Shown here: one piece after another, positions 8,355 to 18,098 of the stretch
Layout: each line of letters begins with the position of its first letter
How positions within the stretch are numbered: the stretch's first letter is position 1
From: Dehalococcoidia bacterium
GTDB lineage: Bacteria > Chloroflexota > Dehalococcoidia > Bin125
Length of the DNA: 64,000 bases
Assembly (NCBI GenBank): GCA_965209205.1
Contig: CBDBQC010000004.1
Location: forward strand, 902,167 to 966,166
Reading direction: 5' to 3'
The notes under the pieces: generated by a model
The model's database searches: none
Told to the model about the DNA's origin: nothing
Seen by the model: the letters and a program-made list of their open reading frames with translations, nothing else
Translations under genes and position numbers: made by a program

Positions 8355-9823
8355 TCGATCCGCGCCAACTCGCCGAGGCCCTGGGGCCGCTGCTGCTGAA
8401 CCCGGACGCGCCGCGCGAGGCGGCGCCGTTCAACGACATCGTGATCGACTCGCGCAAGGTGACGCCGGGGGCGCTGTTCGTGGCGCTGCGCGGCGAGCAG
8501 ACGGACGGGCATCGCTTCCTGGCCGACGCCGTGGCGCGCGGCGCGACGGGGCTGCTGACGCGCGTGGCCCCGCCCGATCTGCCGGCGCGGGCCGGGGTCT
8601 TCCTGGTCGAGGACACGCTGGCCGCCTTGCAGCAGGCGGCGAAGCGCTGGCGCGCGTCGCGCACGGCGCGCGTGATCGGCATCACCGGCAGCGTGGGCAA
8701 GACGACGACGCGCGAGGCCGCGGCGACCGTGCTGCGCTCGCGCTACGAGACGCTCGAGAGCCCGCGCAACTTCAACAGCGACATTGGCCTGCCGCTGGCG
8801 CTGCTGGGGCTGTCGCCGTCGCACGAGTGGGCGGTCATCGAGATGGGGCCCTACGACCGCTGCGAGATGGAGCTGCTGGTCGACGTGGGCGCGCCCGACA
8901 TGGGCATCGTGACGAACGTGGGCCCGACGCACCTCGAGCGCTTCGGCTCGATCGAGGCGACGGAGCAGATCAAGGGGCTGCTGCCGGCCTCGCTCCCGCC
9001 CGACGGCGTGGCGATCCTCAACGGCGACGACGCCCGCGTGCGGCGCATGCGCGCCCGGACCGCGGCGCGGACGCTGCTCTTCGGCCAGGGCGACGACGTG
9101 GATGTGCGGGCGACCGACATCGTCTCGCACGGGCTGGACGGGATCGCGTTCACGCTGCACCTGCCCGACGCGCCGCAGCCGATCGCGGTGCGCACGCCGC
9201 TGGCCGGGGCGCACCACGCGATGACGGCGCTGGCCGCGGCGGCCGTCGCGCACGTGGCCGGGCTCTCGCCGGGCGACACGGCCGAGGCGCTGTCGCGGTT
9301 GCACGCGGGCAGCCGGCTCAAGCCGCGCCGCGGCTACTCGGGCGCCACGATCCTCGACGACACCTACAACGCCGCCCCGCTCTCGATGCGGGCGGCGCTC
9401 GACCTGCTGGCCGGGATGGCCGGGCATCGCATCGCGGTGCTGGGCGACATGCTGGAGCTGGGCCAGGAGGAGGCCGCGTCGCACCGGGCGGTGGGCGAGT
9501 ACGCCGTGGGCCGCTGCGACCGGCTGATCGCGATCGGGCGGCGGGCGCGCGGCATCACCGACGGCGCCTGGGACGCCGGGCATCGCCACATTCAGTGGTT
9601 CGCCGACAAGAACGAAGCCACCGACCTGCTGCGCAACGAAGTCGGCGCCGACGACGTTGTGCTGGTCAAGGCGTCGCACGGGCTGGCGCTGGAGACGGTG
9701 GTGGCGGGGTTGATCACGCCGCCCGGACCGGCGCAGCGCCCGGCCGCGGCGAACGGCCCCTCGACTGGCCCATCGGATGGCCCATCGACTGGCCCATCGA
9801 CTGGCGAGGAGCGGCCGGCATGA
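8351..9823 (+). CDS. murF: UDP-MurNAc-tripeptide--D-Ala-D-Ala ligase
   Basis: ATGA overlap with the ftsI stop. IVIDSRKVTPGALFVALRGEQTDGHRF, GITGSVGKTTT and DDTYNAAPLSM are present. Confidence 0.9.
   Translation: MIDPRQLAEALGPLLLNPDAPREAAPFNDIVIDSRKVTPGALFVALRGEQTDGHRFLADAVARGATGLLTRVAPPDLPARAGVFLVEDTLAALQQAAKRWRASRTARVIGITGSVGKTTTREAAATVLRSRYETLESPRNFNSDIGLPLALLGLSPSHEWAVIEMGPYDRCEMELLVDVGAPDMGIVTNVGPTHLERFGSIEATEQIKGLLPASLPPDGVAILNGDDARVRRMRARTAARTLLFGQGDDVDVRATDIVSHGLDGIAFTLHLPDAPQPIAVRTPLAGAHHAMTALAAAAVAHVAGLSPGDTAEALSRLHAGSRLKPRRGYSGATILDDTYNAAPLSMRAALDLLAGMAGHRIAVLGDMLELGQEEAASHRAVGEYAVGRCDRLIAIGRRARGITDGAWDAGHRHIQWFADKNEATDLLRNEVGADDVVLVKASHGLALETVVAGLITPPGPAQRPAAANGPSTGPSDGPSTGPSTGEERPA
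9755..9802 (+). repeat. four tandem 12-nt units (ggcccMtcgRMt) encoding (GPSTGPSD)-type repeats at the murF 3' end
   Basis: Units read ggcccctcgact ggcccatcggat ggcccatcgact ggcccatcgact. They are in frame (4 codons each). Confidence 0.8.
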
Positions 9824-10782
9824 CGACGTTCTCGCTGGCGACCGCCGGGATCGCGTTCGTGATCGCGCTGGCGATCGGGCGGCCGCTGCTGGCCACGCTG
9901 CGGCGCCGCGCGATCGGCAAGGCGATCAGCGACGAGGGCCCCGACTCGCATCACGTCAAGGCCGGCACGCCCACCATGGGCGGGCTGATCATCTTCGCCA
10001 CGGTGGCCGTGCTGACGCTGGCCACCAACATCATCGACCGCGAGTCGATCCTGCTGCCGCTGGTGGCGATCGTCGTGCTGGGCGGCATCGGCCTGATCGA
10101 CGACCTGGGCACGCTGCAGGGGCGCGTGCAGTGGGGGCTCAGCTGGCGGCTCAAGGTCGTGCTGCTGCTGCTGTTCGCGCTGGGCGCGGCGCTGACGCTG
10201 TTCTACGGGCTCGACACGAAGAGCATCAACGTGCCCTGGGCGGGCCAGTACTCGCTGGGCGAGTTCTACATCCCCATCGCGGTGCTGGTGATCCTGGCAA
10301 CCACGACGTCGGTCGCGATCACGGACGGGATGGACGCGCTGGCCGGCGGCACCCTGGCCATCGCCTTCGCCGCCTACGGCGTGATCGCGGTGGGGCAGGA
10401 GCAGGACTTCCTGGTGCGCTTCGCCTTCACGACGGTGGGGGCGACGCTGGGCTTCCTCTGGTACAACGCGCACCCGGCGCAGATCTTCATGGGCGACACG
10501 GGGGCGCTGGCGCTGGGCGGCACGCTGGCGATCGTGGCGCTGATGACGGGCCATTGGCTGCTGCTGCCGATCATCGGGATCGTCTTCGTGCTCGAGGCGT
10601 GCTCGGACATCATCCAGATCGGCTACTTCAAGCTGACGGGCGGCCGGCGCGTCCTGCGCATGGCGCCGCTGCACAACCACTTCGAACTGCTCGGCTGGTC
10701 CGAGCCCCAAGTCGTGACGCGGGCGTGGCTGCTGGGGATCGCGGGGGCGATCCTCGGCGTCGCGCTGGCCCTGCAGGTCTGA
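9820..10782 (+). CDS. mraY: phospho-N-acetylmuramoyl-pentapeptide transferase
   Basis: ATGA overlap with the murF stop. HHVKAGTPTMGGLIIF, DDL..L and MGDTGALALGG are present. Confidence 0.95.
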   Translation: MTTFSLATAGIAFVIALAIGRPLLATLRRRAIGKAISDEGPDSHHVKAGTPTMGGLIIFATVAVLTLATNIIDRESILLPLVAIVVLGGIGLIDDLGTLQGRVQWGLSWRLKVVLLLLFALGAALTLFYGLDTKSINVPWAGQYSLGEFYIPIAVLVILATTTSVAITDGMDALAGGTLAIAFAAYGVIAVGQEQDFLVRFAFTTVGATLGFLWYNAHPAQIFMGDTGALALGGTLAIVALMTGHWLLLPIIGIVFVLEACSDIIQIGYFKLTGGRRVLRMAPLHNHFELLGWSEPQVVTRAWLLGIAGAILGVALALQV

Positions 10783-10820
10783 GGGGGCGACGCGATGACG
10801 GCCAACGGGAAGCGCAGGCG

Positions 10821-12302
10821 ATGACCACCATGACCGCCCCGGCCCCCGATCGCCGTGCGCCGCGCCTCTCCGGGGCCGCGCCGGGCGAGCCGCTGCGCTT
10901 CGCCGGGCTGCGCGTGGGCGTGGTGGGGCTGGGCGTCGAGGGCCTCGACATCGTGCGCTTCCTGCACGCCGAGGGGGCGGCCGAGATCGTCGTCTCGGAG
11001 CGCAAGCCGATCGACGCGCTGCGGTCGCAAATCCGCGCGCTCGACGGCATCCCCTGCGCGATCGAGGCGGGGGGCAACCATCCGGGCCTGGCGTCGCGGG
11101 TCGACGTGCTGTTCGCGAGTCAGGGCGTGCCCGACGACCTGCCGCTGCTGGCCGCCGCGCGCGCCGCCGGCGTGCCGATCACGGCGATGATGCGGCTCTT
11201 CCTGCGGCGCTGCCCCGCGCCCGTGATCGGGATCACCGGCAGCGCCGGCAAGACGACCGTGACGTCGCTCGTGGGCGCGATGTTCGCGGCCGCCGGGCGG
11301 CCGGCCTTCGTGGGAGGCAACATCGGCCGGGGGCTGCTGAGCGCGCTCGACGGCATCGGGCCGGAGACGACGACGGTGGTCGAGATCAGCCACACGCAAC
11401 TGGCGCGCACCGATCGCAGCCCGCGGCTGGCGGCGGTGCTGAACGTGACGCCGAACCACCTCGATCAGTTCGGCTGGGACGCCTACGTCGACCTGAAGCG
11501 CAACCTTGTGCGCCACCAGCGCCCGGGCGACATCGTGGTGCTGCCCAGCGACGAGCCGGTCGCGGCGGGCTTCGCGGCCGACACGCCGGCGACGGTCCAC
11601 CACTTTGGAACGGGGCCGTTCGACGGCCCGGGCGCGACGATCGCCGGCGGCCGGATCGTCTGGCGCGACGGCGACGCCGAGCACGATATCTGCCCGCTGG
11701 CGTCGATCCGGCTGCCGGGGGCGCACAACCGCGACAACGTGCTGGCGGCGGTCGCGATCGGGGTGGCGTGGGGGCTGCCGCCGTCGGCGATGGCGGCCGC
11801 GATCCGCGACTTCGCGGGCGTGCCGCACCGGCTGGAGACGGTCGCCGAGATCGGCGGCGTACGCTACGTCGACGATTCGATCGCGACGACGCCCGAACGC
11901 GCCGTCGCGGCGCTGCGCGCGCTGGACGGGCCGATCGTGCTGCTGCTGGGCGGCCGCGAGAAGCGGTTGCCGCTGTCGCCGCTGGCCGAGGCGGCGCGCG
12001 GCCGGCTGCGGGCGGCGATCGGCTTCGGCGAGGCGGGCGCGCACTTCACGGCGGCGCTGCGCGACGCCGGCGCCGCGCCCGACACCGCCGTCCACGACGA
12101 CCTGGCGGCCGCAGTGGCCGCGGCGCGGGCGCGGGCGCGGCCGGGCGACACGGTGCTGCTGTCGCCGGCGGGCACGTCGTTCGACGCCTACGCCAACTTC
12201 GCGGCCCGGGGCGACCACTTCCGCTCGCTGGTGCTGGGGCCCTCGCCTGAGCAACGGCCCTCACCCGAGCAATGGGAGGAGGGGGCCGATGGCGCGGGCT
12301 GA
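10821..12302 (+). CDS. murD: UDP-MurNAc-L-Ala--D-Glu ligase
   Basis: VGVVGLGVEGLDIV and GITGSAGKTTVTS are present, in the dcw position. The C-terminus carries a PSPEQR/PSPEQW 18-nt tandem duplication (12240..12275). Confidence 0.9.
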   Translation: MTTMTAPAPDRRAPRLSGAAPGEPLRFAGLRVGVVGLGVEGLDIVRFLHAEGAAEIVVSERKPIDALRSQIRALDGIPCAIEAGGNHPGLASRVDVLFASQGVPDDLPLLAAARAAGVPITAMMRLFLRRCPAPVIGITGSAGKTTVTSLVGAMFAAAGRPAFVGGNIGRGLLSALDGIGPETTTVVEISHTQLARTDRSPRLAAVLNVTPNHLDQFGWDAYVDLKRNLVRHQRPGDIVVLPSDEPVAAGFAADTPATVHHFGTGPFDGPGATIAGGRIVWRDGDAEHDICPLASIRLPGAHNRDNVLAAVAIGVAWGLPPSAMAAAIRDFAGVPHRLETVAEIGGVRYVDDSIATTPERAVAALRALDGPIVLLLGGREKRLPLSPLAEAARGRLRAAIGFGEAGAHFTAALRDAGAAPDTAVHDDLAAAVAAARARARPGDTVLLSPAGTSFDAYANFAARGDHFRSLVLGPSPEQRPSPEQWEEGADGAG

Positions 12303-13569
12303 AGTCCTGGGGCGCGCCGCCCCGGCGACGCGGCGCGAAGCGCCGGTCGCCGGCCGGGTGGTGCGCGACGAGGAGGCCGTGGGGCGCCGATCGGCGGGCT
12401 CGCCCGACTGGGCGCTGATCGCCACGGTGCTGGCGCTGACGCTGATCGGGCTGGTGTTCGTCTTCAGCTCGTCGTTCGCGGTGGGGCAGGAGCTGTTCGG
12501 CGACCCGCGCCACTTCGCGATCCGGCAGTTGCAGGGGGCGGGGCTGGGCGCGATCGCGTTCCTGCTGCTGGCGCGGCTCGATTACCGGCGGCTGCGGGCG
12601 TTCAGTCCGCTGTTCATGATCGTGGCGGTGGTGGGGCTGATGGCGGTGCTGGTGCCGGGCATCGGCATCGAGCAGAACGGGGCCCGGCGCTGGATCCAGA
12701 TCGAGGGGGCGCCGGCGGTGCAGCCGTCGGAGTTCGCGAAGCTGGCGGTCGTGATCTACGTCGCGGCCTGGCTGGCCAGCCGCGGCGACGCGATCCGGCA
12801 CGTGACCCTGGGGCTGGTGCCGTTCTCGCTGATCGTGGGCTTCCTCGGCTTCCTGCTGATGGCCGAGCCCGACCTGGGCACCGGCATCGCGATCACGATG
12901 ATCGCGGGCACCATGTTCTTCGTCGCCGGGGCGGCGATCCGGCACATCCTCACGCTGGGCCTGCTGGGCGGCGGCGTGCTGTTCGGCATCGTCGCCATCG
13001 CGGGCTACGGCCTGGATCGATTCACGCAGTTCGTCTCGGCCGAGTCCGACCCCGAGGCGGGCGGCTTCCAGGTCTTGCAGCTGCTGATCGCGCTGGGCAG
13101 CGGCGGCATCACGGGCGTGGGGCTGGGCGAGAGCCGGCAGAAGTTCTTCTACGTCCCGTCGGCCCACACCGACGGCGTCTTCGCGATTATCGGCGAGGAG
13201 ATCGGCTTCATCGGCACGATCCTGGTGCTGCTGCTGTTCGCCTTCCTGGCCTACCGCGGCATCCGCATCGCGCAGCGGGCGCCCGACAAGTTCGGCACCT
13301 TGCTGGCCATGGGCATCGTGGCCTGGATCACCCTGCAGGCGTTTTTCAACATGGGCGGCATCACGCGCACGATCCCGCTGACGGGCATCCCGCTGCCGTT
13401 CATCTCCTTTGGCAGTTCGGCGCTGGTCTCGACGCTGGCGGGCGCGGGGCTGCTGGTCAGCGTCTCCCGCTTCGCGGTGGGCCGCATCGACGACGAGGGC
13501 GTCGTCGCGCGCCGCCCGACGGACTTCGTGCCGCGCGCGGCGCGGCGCGACGCCGGAGGTGCGTCATGA
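12289..13569 (+). CDS. ftsW: SEDS peptidoglycan glycosyltransferase FtsW
   Basis: Multi-TM protein with QPSEFAKLAVVIY and the ...TGIPLPFISFGSSAL motif. Confidence 0.9.
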   Translation: MARAEVLGRAAPATRREAPVAGRVVRDEEAVGRRSAGSPDWALIATVLALTLIGLVFVFSSSFAVGQELFGDPRHFAIRQLQGAGLGAIAFLLLARLDYRRLRAFSPLFMIVAVVGLMAVLVPGIGIEQNGARRWIQIEGAPAVQPSEFAKLAVVIYVAAWLASRGDAIRHVTLGLVPFSLIVGFLGFLLMAEPDLGTGIAITMIAGTMFFVAGAAIRHILTLGLLGGGVLFGIVAIAGYGLDRFTQFVSAESDPEAGGFQVLQLLIALGSGGITGVGLGESRQKFFYVPSAHTDGVFAIIGEEIGFIGTILVLLLFAFLAYRGIRIAQRAPDKFGTLLAMGIVAWITLQAFFNMGGITRTIPLTGIPLPFISFGSSALVSTLAGAGLLVSVSRFAVGRIDDEGVVARRPTDFVPRAARRDAGGAS

Positions 13570-14657
13570 GGCTCGCGCTCGGCGGGGGCGGCAGCGGGGG
13601 GCACGTCTTCCCGGCGTTGGCGGTGGCGCAAGCGCTGTCGGCGTGCACACAAGAGAAGGTGGAGCTGCTCTACCTGGGCCGCGGCGACGGCGTCGAGGCG
13701 ACGCTGGCGCGCGACGCGGGCGTGCCCTTCCGCGACGTATCGGCGCGGCCGATCCGGGATCGCAACATCGTCGCGAAGCTGTGGTCGCTGGGGGCCGTCG
13801 CGCTGGGCGTGGTCGACGCGGCGCGCGCGCTCTGGAGCTTCCGCGCCGACGCCGTGCTCGTGACCGGCGGCTTCGCGAGTGTGCCGGTGGCGATCGCCGG
13901 CCGGCTGCTGCGCATCCCGGTGATCCTCTACCAACCCGACATCGAGCCGGGCTGGGCGGTGCGACAGATCTATCGCGTGGCGCGGCGCGTCTGCCTCACG
14001 CACGAGTCCTCGCTGGCGGGAGCGCCACGCGGCAAGTCGGTGGTCACGGGCTACCCGCTGCGGGCGGTCTTCGCCGAGGTCGACCGGCCGATGGCGCGGG
14101 CGCACTTCGATCTCAACGGCTCGCCCACGGTGCTGGTGGCCGGGGCGGTCCAGGGCGCGCGCCGGATCAACGACACCCTGGCCGACGACCTCAGGGGCTG
14201 GATCGAGACGGCGCAGGTCATCCACGTCACGGGGCCGGACGACTTCCGGCGCATGTCGGCGCTGCGCGAGGCGCTGCCGCCGACGCTGCAGCATCGCTAC
14301 CGGCCCTTCGAATACCTGGGCGACGACTTCCCGGTCGCGCTGGCGGCGGCCGATCTGGCCGTCTCGCGGGCCGGCGCGTCGGTGCTGGGCGAGTACCCGG
14401 CGACGGGGCTGGCGGCGATCCTGGTGCCGCTGCCGATGGCCGGGGGGCATCAGCTGGCGAACGCGCGGATGCTGGCGGCGGCCGGGGCGGCGGTGGTGGT
14501 CGAGGACGCGGCGACGCCGGAGACGCTGCTGCCGTTGGTGCGCGAGATCCTGGCCGACGCCGAACGGCTGGATGGGATGCGTCAGCAGTCGGCGGCGGCG
14601 GCCGCGCCCGACGCGGCGCGCAACATCGCGCGGGTCATCTGGGAGGCGCGGCGATGA
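13566..14657 (+). CDS. murG: UDP-GlcNAc--MurNAc-pentapeptide GlcNAc transferase
   Basis: ATGA overlap. GGGGSGGHVFPALAVA and the ...SRAGASVLGE motifs are present. Confidence 0.95.
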   Translation: MRLALGGGGSGGHVFPALAVAQALSACTQEKVELLYLGRGDGVEATLARDAGVPFRDVSARPIRDRNIVAKLWSLGAVALGVVDAARALWSFRADAVLVTGGFASVPVAIAGRLLRIPVILYQPDIEPGWAVRQIYRVARRVCLTHESSLAGAPRGKSVVTGYPLRAVFAEVDRPMARAHFDLNGSPTVLVAGAVQGARRINDTLADDLRGWIETAQVIHVTGPDDFRRMSALREALPPTLQHRYRPFEYLGDDFPVALAAADLAVSRAGASVLGEYPATGLAAILVPLPMAGGHQLANARMLAAAGAAVVVEDAATPETLLPLVREILADAERLDGMRQQSAAAAAPDAARNIARVIWEARR

Positions 14658-16000
14658 GCGCCCCCCGCGGCCACGCCCGCGACACCGCCGGCGGCGGCCT
14701 GCCCGCCGGGCGCGTCCACTTCGTGGGTGTGGGCGGGATTCACATGAGCGCGCTGGCGGGACTCGTGCTCGACGCGGGCGGCGCGGTGAGCGGCTCGGAT
14801 CTGACGCCCAGCCCGCTGACCGACGCGCTGGCGGCGCGCGGCGCCACGATTCGCGCCGGCCACGACGCGGGCGCCGTCTGCGGCGCGGCGCTGGTCGTGC
14901 GGACGGTCGCCGTCCGCGACGACAACCCCGAGATCGTGGCGGCGGCGCGCGCCGGCATCGAGACGATCACGCGCGCGCAGATGGTCGCGCGGCTGGTCGC
15001 GGGGCGGCGGGTGCTGGCGGTGGGCGGCAGCCACGGCAAGACGACCGTCTCCACGATGCTGACGCTGATCCTGCGCGCCGGCGGTCGCGACCCCGGCTAC
15101 ATCCTGGGCGGCGAATCGCTCGACCTGCCCTGGCACGCGGCCTGGGGCGCCGGTCCGATGGTGCTGGAGGCCGACGAGTACGGCCGCGCCTTCCATCACT
15201 ACGCGCCGTCGGTGGCGGTGATCACCAACATCGACGCCGACCACCTCGACTACTACGGCGACGCGGCGGCGCTGGCGCAGGCCTTCGAGACGTACGCGCT
15301 GACGCTGCAAACGGGCGGCCGGCTGGTCGTGGGGGCCGAATCGGCCTGCGCGATGGGCGTCGCCGAGCGGGTGCGCGCGCGCCGTCCCGACATCCGCATC
15401 GAGACGTTCGGGCTGGGCGACGCCGCGGCGGCGGGGCTCGACCTGCGCACGCCGGGGGCGCACAACCGGCGCAACGCCCTGGCGGCGCTGGCGGCCGCGT
15501 CGGAGGAGGGGGTGCGCGAAACGGACGCGCGGCGGGCGCTGTCGGCGTTCCGCGGCGTGCGCCGCCGCTTCGAGTTGCTGGGCGAGGCGGCCGGCGTCAC
15601 GGTGATCGACGACTACGCGCACCACCCGCGCGAGATCGAGGCGACGATCGCGGCGCTGGCCGATCGCTACGCGGGCCGGCGCATGGTCGTGCTGTTCCAA
15701 CCGCACACCTACAGCCGCTCGGCCTACCTGCTCGATGGCTTCCGCACGGCGTTCCGCGGCATCGACCAACTGCTCATCGCGGAAACGTATGCCGCGCGCG
15801 AGGCGCCCGAGGCGGGCATCGACGGGGCGGCGCTGGCGGCCGAGATCCGCCAGCCGGCGGCGGAGTACGCGGGCGACCTCGATGCGGCGGCGGAGGTCGT
15901 GGCAGCGCGGCTGCGCGACGGCGACGTCTTCGTCGCGATGGGCGCGGGCAGCGTCGAGCGGACGGGCCCCGACGTCCTGGAACGGCTGCGTGCCCGATGA
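14654..16000 (+). CDS. murC: UDP-MurNAc--L-alanine ligase
   Basis: ATGA overlap. VHFVGVGGIHMSALA, GSHGKTT and DDYAHHPREI are present. Confidence 0.9.
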   Translation: MSAPRGHARDTAGGGLPAGRVHFVGVGGIHMSALAGLVLDAGGAVSGSDLTPSPLTDALAARGATIRAGHDAGAVCGAALVVRTVAVRDDNPEIVAAARAGIETITRAQMVARLVAGRRVLAVGGSHGKTTVSTMLTLILRAGGRDPGYILGGESLDLPWHAAWGAGPMVLEADEYGRAFHHYAPSVAVITNIDADHLDYYGDAAALAQAFETYALTLQTGGRLVVGAESACAMGVAERVRARRPDIRIETFGLGDAAAAGLDLRTPGAHNRRNALAALAAASEEGVRETDARRALSAFRGVRRRFELLGEAAGVTVIDDYAHHPREIEATIAALADRYAGRRMVVLFQPHTYSRSAYLLDGFRTAFRGIDQLLIAETYAAREAPEAGIDGAALAAEIRQPAAEYAGDLDAAAEVVAARLRDGDVFVAMGAGSVERTGPDVLERLRAR

Positions 16001-16962
16001 GCGCGCCGCAGGTCGTGACACAGATGCGATCGATCGTGGAGGCCGGCGGGGGCGTCGTGCGGGAGCGCGAGCCGATGTCGCGGCACACGACCTTCGGCGT
16101 CGGCGGGCCGGCCGACGTCTACGCGCGGGTGCACGACCGGGACGCGCTGCGGCGCGCCACGCAGGTCGCCGCCGACGCCGGGCTGCACCGCTTCATCCTG
16201 GGCTCCGGCTCGAACATCCTGGTCGGCGACGGCGGCATCCGCGGCATCGTGATCGAGAACAAGGCGAACGTCGTGGCGGCGCCGGAGGAGGCGGCGGGGC
16301 AGGTGCGGCTGCGGGCCGAGGCGGGGGCGTCGTTCGCGCGGCTGGCCCGCTCGACGGCCCGGGCGGGGCTGCACGGCCTCGAGTGGGCGGCGGGCATCCC
16401 CGGCACGCTGGGCGGCGCGGTGGTCTACAACGCCGGCGCCTACGGCGGCTGCCTGGCCGACGTGCTGCTGTCGATCGACACGTTCGACGCCGGCGGCGAG
16501 GCCATGCGGATGGACGCCGCCGACCTGGGGCTGGCCTACCGCTCGAGCGCGTTCACGCGCGGGCGGCTGGGCGATCGGGTGATCACGAACCTGGAGTTCG
16601 CGCTGGAACCGGGCGACGCCGACGCGGCGCTGGCCCGCATCGCGGCGCTGGAGGCGCGTCGCAAGCGCTCGGCGCCGCGCGGCCGCAACGCCGGGTCGGT
16701 GTTCAAGAACCCCCCGGGCGGCGAGGCCGACGGCCGCCCGGCCTGGTGGCTGATCGATCAGGTGGGGCTGCGCGGCCACCGCATCGGCGACGCGCAGATC
16801 AGCGAGAAACACACCAACTACTTCCTCAACCTGGGCGCCGCGCGCGCGGCCGACGTCGCGGCGCTGATGGAGCTGGCCCGGACACGCGTGCGGGAGCAGT
16901 TCGGCGTCGAGCTGCAGCGCGAGGTGACGCTGGTCGGCGAGCACGGAGGGGGCGCCGCATGA
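15997..16962 (+). CDS. murB: UDP-N-acetylenolpyruvoylglucosamine reductase
   Basis: ATGA overlap. HTTFGVGGPAD, ILGSGSNILV and GSVFKNP are present. Confidence 0.9.
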   Translation: MSAPQVVTQMRSIVEAGGGVVREREPMSRHTTFGVGGPADVYARVHDRDALRRATQVAADAGLHRFILGSGSNILVGDGGIRGIVIENKANVVAAPEEAAGQVRLRAEAGASFARLARSTARAGLHGLEWAAGIPGTLGGAVVYNAGAYGGCLADVLLSIDTFDAGGEAMRMDAADLGLAYRSSAFTRGRLGDRVITNLEFALEPGDADAALARIAALEARRKRSAPRGRNAGSVFKNPPGGEADGRPAWWLIDQVGLRGHRIGDAQISEKHTNYFLNLGAARAADVAALMELARTRVREQFGVELQREVTLVGEHGGGAA

Positions 16963-18074
16963 GCCACCGCCGTACGTCTCCCGATCGGTCGCAGCCGCTG
17001 CGCATGGCGGTGCTCTTCGGCGGCGCCTCGACGGAGCACACGATCTCCGTGCGATCGGCGCGGGCCGTCCTGGCGGCGGCCGACCCGGCGCGCGTCGCCG
17101 CGGCCCCGATCGCGATCGGGCGCGACGGCTCGTGGCGCGACGCCGCGGCCTCGCGGGCGCTGATCGCGGCGATCGATCGCGGCGCGCCCGAGTGCGTGCC
17201 GCCGGCGCCGGGCGACCGCGGCGGCCTGCTTGCCGCGCCCGCGGCGCTGTCGGCGCTGGCGGATGCCGATGTCGTCTTCCCGCTGGTGCACGGCCAGACC
17301 GGCGAGGACGGCAGTCTGCAGGGGCTGCTGGAGCTGTGCGGCGTCCCCTACGTGGGCGCGGGCGTCGCGGCCTCGGCGATCGGCATGGACAAGGCGCTGA
17401 TGAAGGCGCTCTTCGCGAAGGCCGGGCTGCCGCTGCCGCGGACGCGGGTCGTCACGGCGGCGCAGTGGGCGTCGGGGCGGGAGTCGCTCGAGCGCGAGTT
17501 GGCGTCGCTGCCGATGCCGCTGTTCGCCAAGGCCGCGAACGGGGGCAGCAGCGTGGGCGTCGTCAAGATCCACGACCGCGAGGAGATCGGCGCGGGTGTC
17601 GCGGAGGCGCTGCGCTTCGACGCGAAGGTGGTCGTGGAGGAGGGCATCGAGGGGCGCGAGATCGAATGCGCGGTGCTGGGGCGTCCGGCCGCCGACGGCG
17701 GCGGCGCCGAGGCCACGCCGCCGGGCGAGATCCGCACGGCGCGCGACTTCTACGACTACGTCGCCAAGTACGAGGACCCGGCGACCGAGCTGATCCTGCG
17801 GCCGGGCCTCGCCCCTGGGGTCGCGGCGCGGGCGCAAGCGCTCGCGGTGGCGGCGTTCGAGGCGATCGGCTGCGCCGGCTTCGCGCGGGTCGATCTCTTC
17901 CTGCGCGGCGAGGACGAGTTGTTCGTCAACGAGATCAACACGCTGCCCGGCTTCACCAGCATGAGCATGTTCCCGCGACTCTGGGAGGCGGAGGGGCTGG
18001 CGTTCCCGGCGCTGATCGAGCGGCTGGCGCGGCTGGCGCTGGAGCGCGCCGAGGGGAGGCGAGCCCATGCCTGA
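16959..18074 (+). CDS. ddl: D-alanine--D-alanine ligase
   Basis: ATGA overlap. AVLFGGASTEHTISVRSA, HGQTGEDGSLQG and VNEINTLPGFT are present. Confidence 0.9.
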   Translation: MSHRRTSPDRSQPLRMAVLFGGASTEHTISVRSARAVLAAADPARVAAAPIAIGRDGSWRDAAASRALIAAIDRGAPECVPPAPGDRGGLLAAPAALSALADADVVFPLVHGQTGEDGSLQGLLELCGVPYVGAGVAASAIGMDKALMKALFAKAGLPLPRTRVVTAAQWASGRESLERELASLPMPLFAKAANGGSSVGVVKIHDREEIGAGVAEALRFDAKVVVEEGIEGREIECAVLGRPAADGGGAEATPPGEIRTARDFYDYVAKYEDPATELILRPGLAPGVAARAQALAVAAFEAIGCAGFARVDLFLRGEDELFVNEINTLPGFTSMSMFPRLWEAEGLAFPALIERLARLALERAEGRRAHA

Positions 18075-18098
18075 CCCCGCGCGGCCCAACCCCTTCAA
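18053..18098 (+). repeat. 46-bp direct repeat copy 1 spanning the ddl stop / next-gene start junction
   Basis: Sequence ggggaggcgAgcccatgcctgaccccgcgcggcccaaccccttcaa, 45/46 identical to 19392..19437. Confidence 0.9.

Noticed and set aside
9755-9802. Possible CRISPR-like or other regularly spaced repeat arrays.
   Set aside because: The only regular tandem repeats are 12-nt and 18-nt in-frame coding duplications with no spacers. No cas genes or repeat-spacer architecture were seen anywhere in the window.
6359-9823. 1154-aa plus-strand ORF, and other long same-strand ORFs (4429..6675, 8827..10782, 9777..12302, 11506..13569, 13409..16000, 14572..16962, 15735..18074, 60330..63569) that look like fusion proteins.
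   Set aside because: Only the C-terminal part of each is a real gene (murF, mraY, murD and so on). The N-terminal parts are out-of-frame read-through over the preceding gene. Real starts were placed at the ATGA/GTGA overlaps that yield canonical N-termini.
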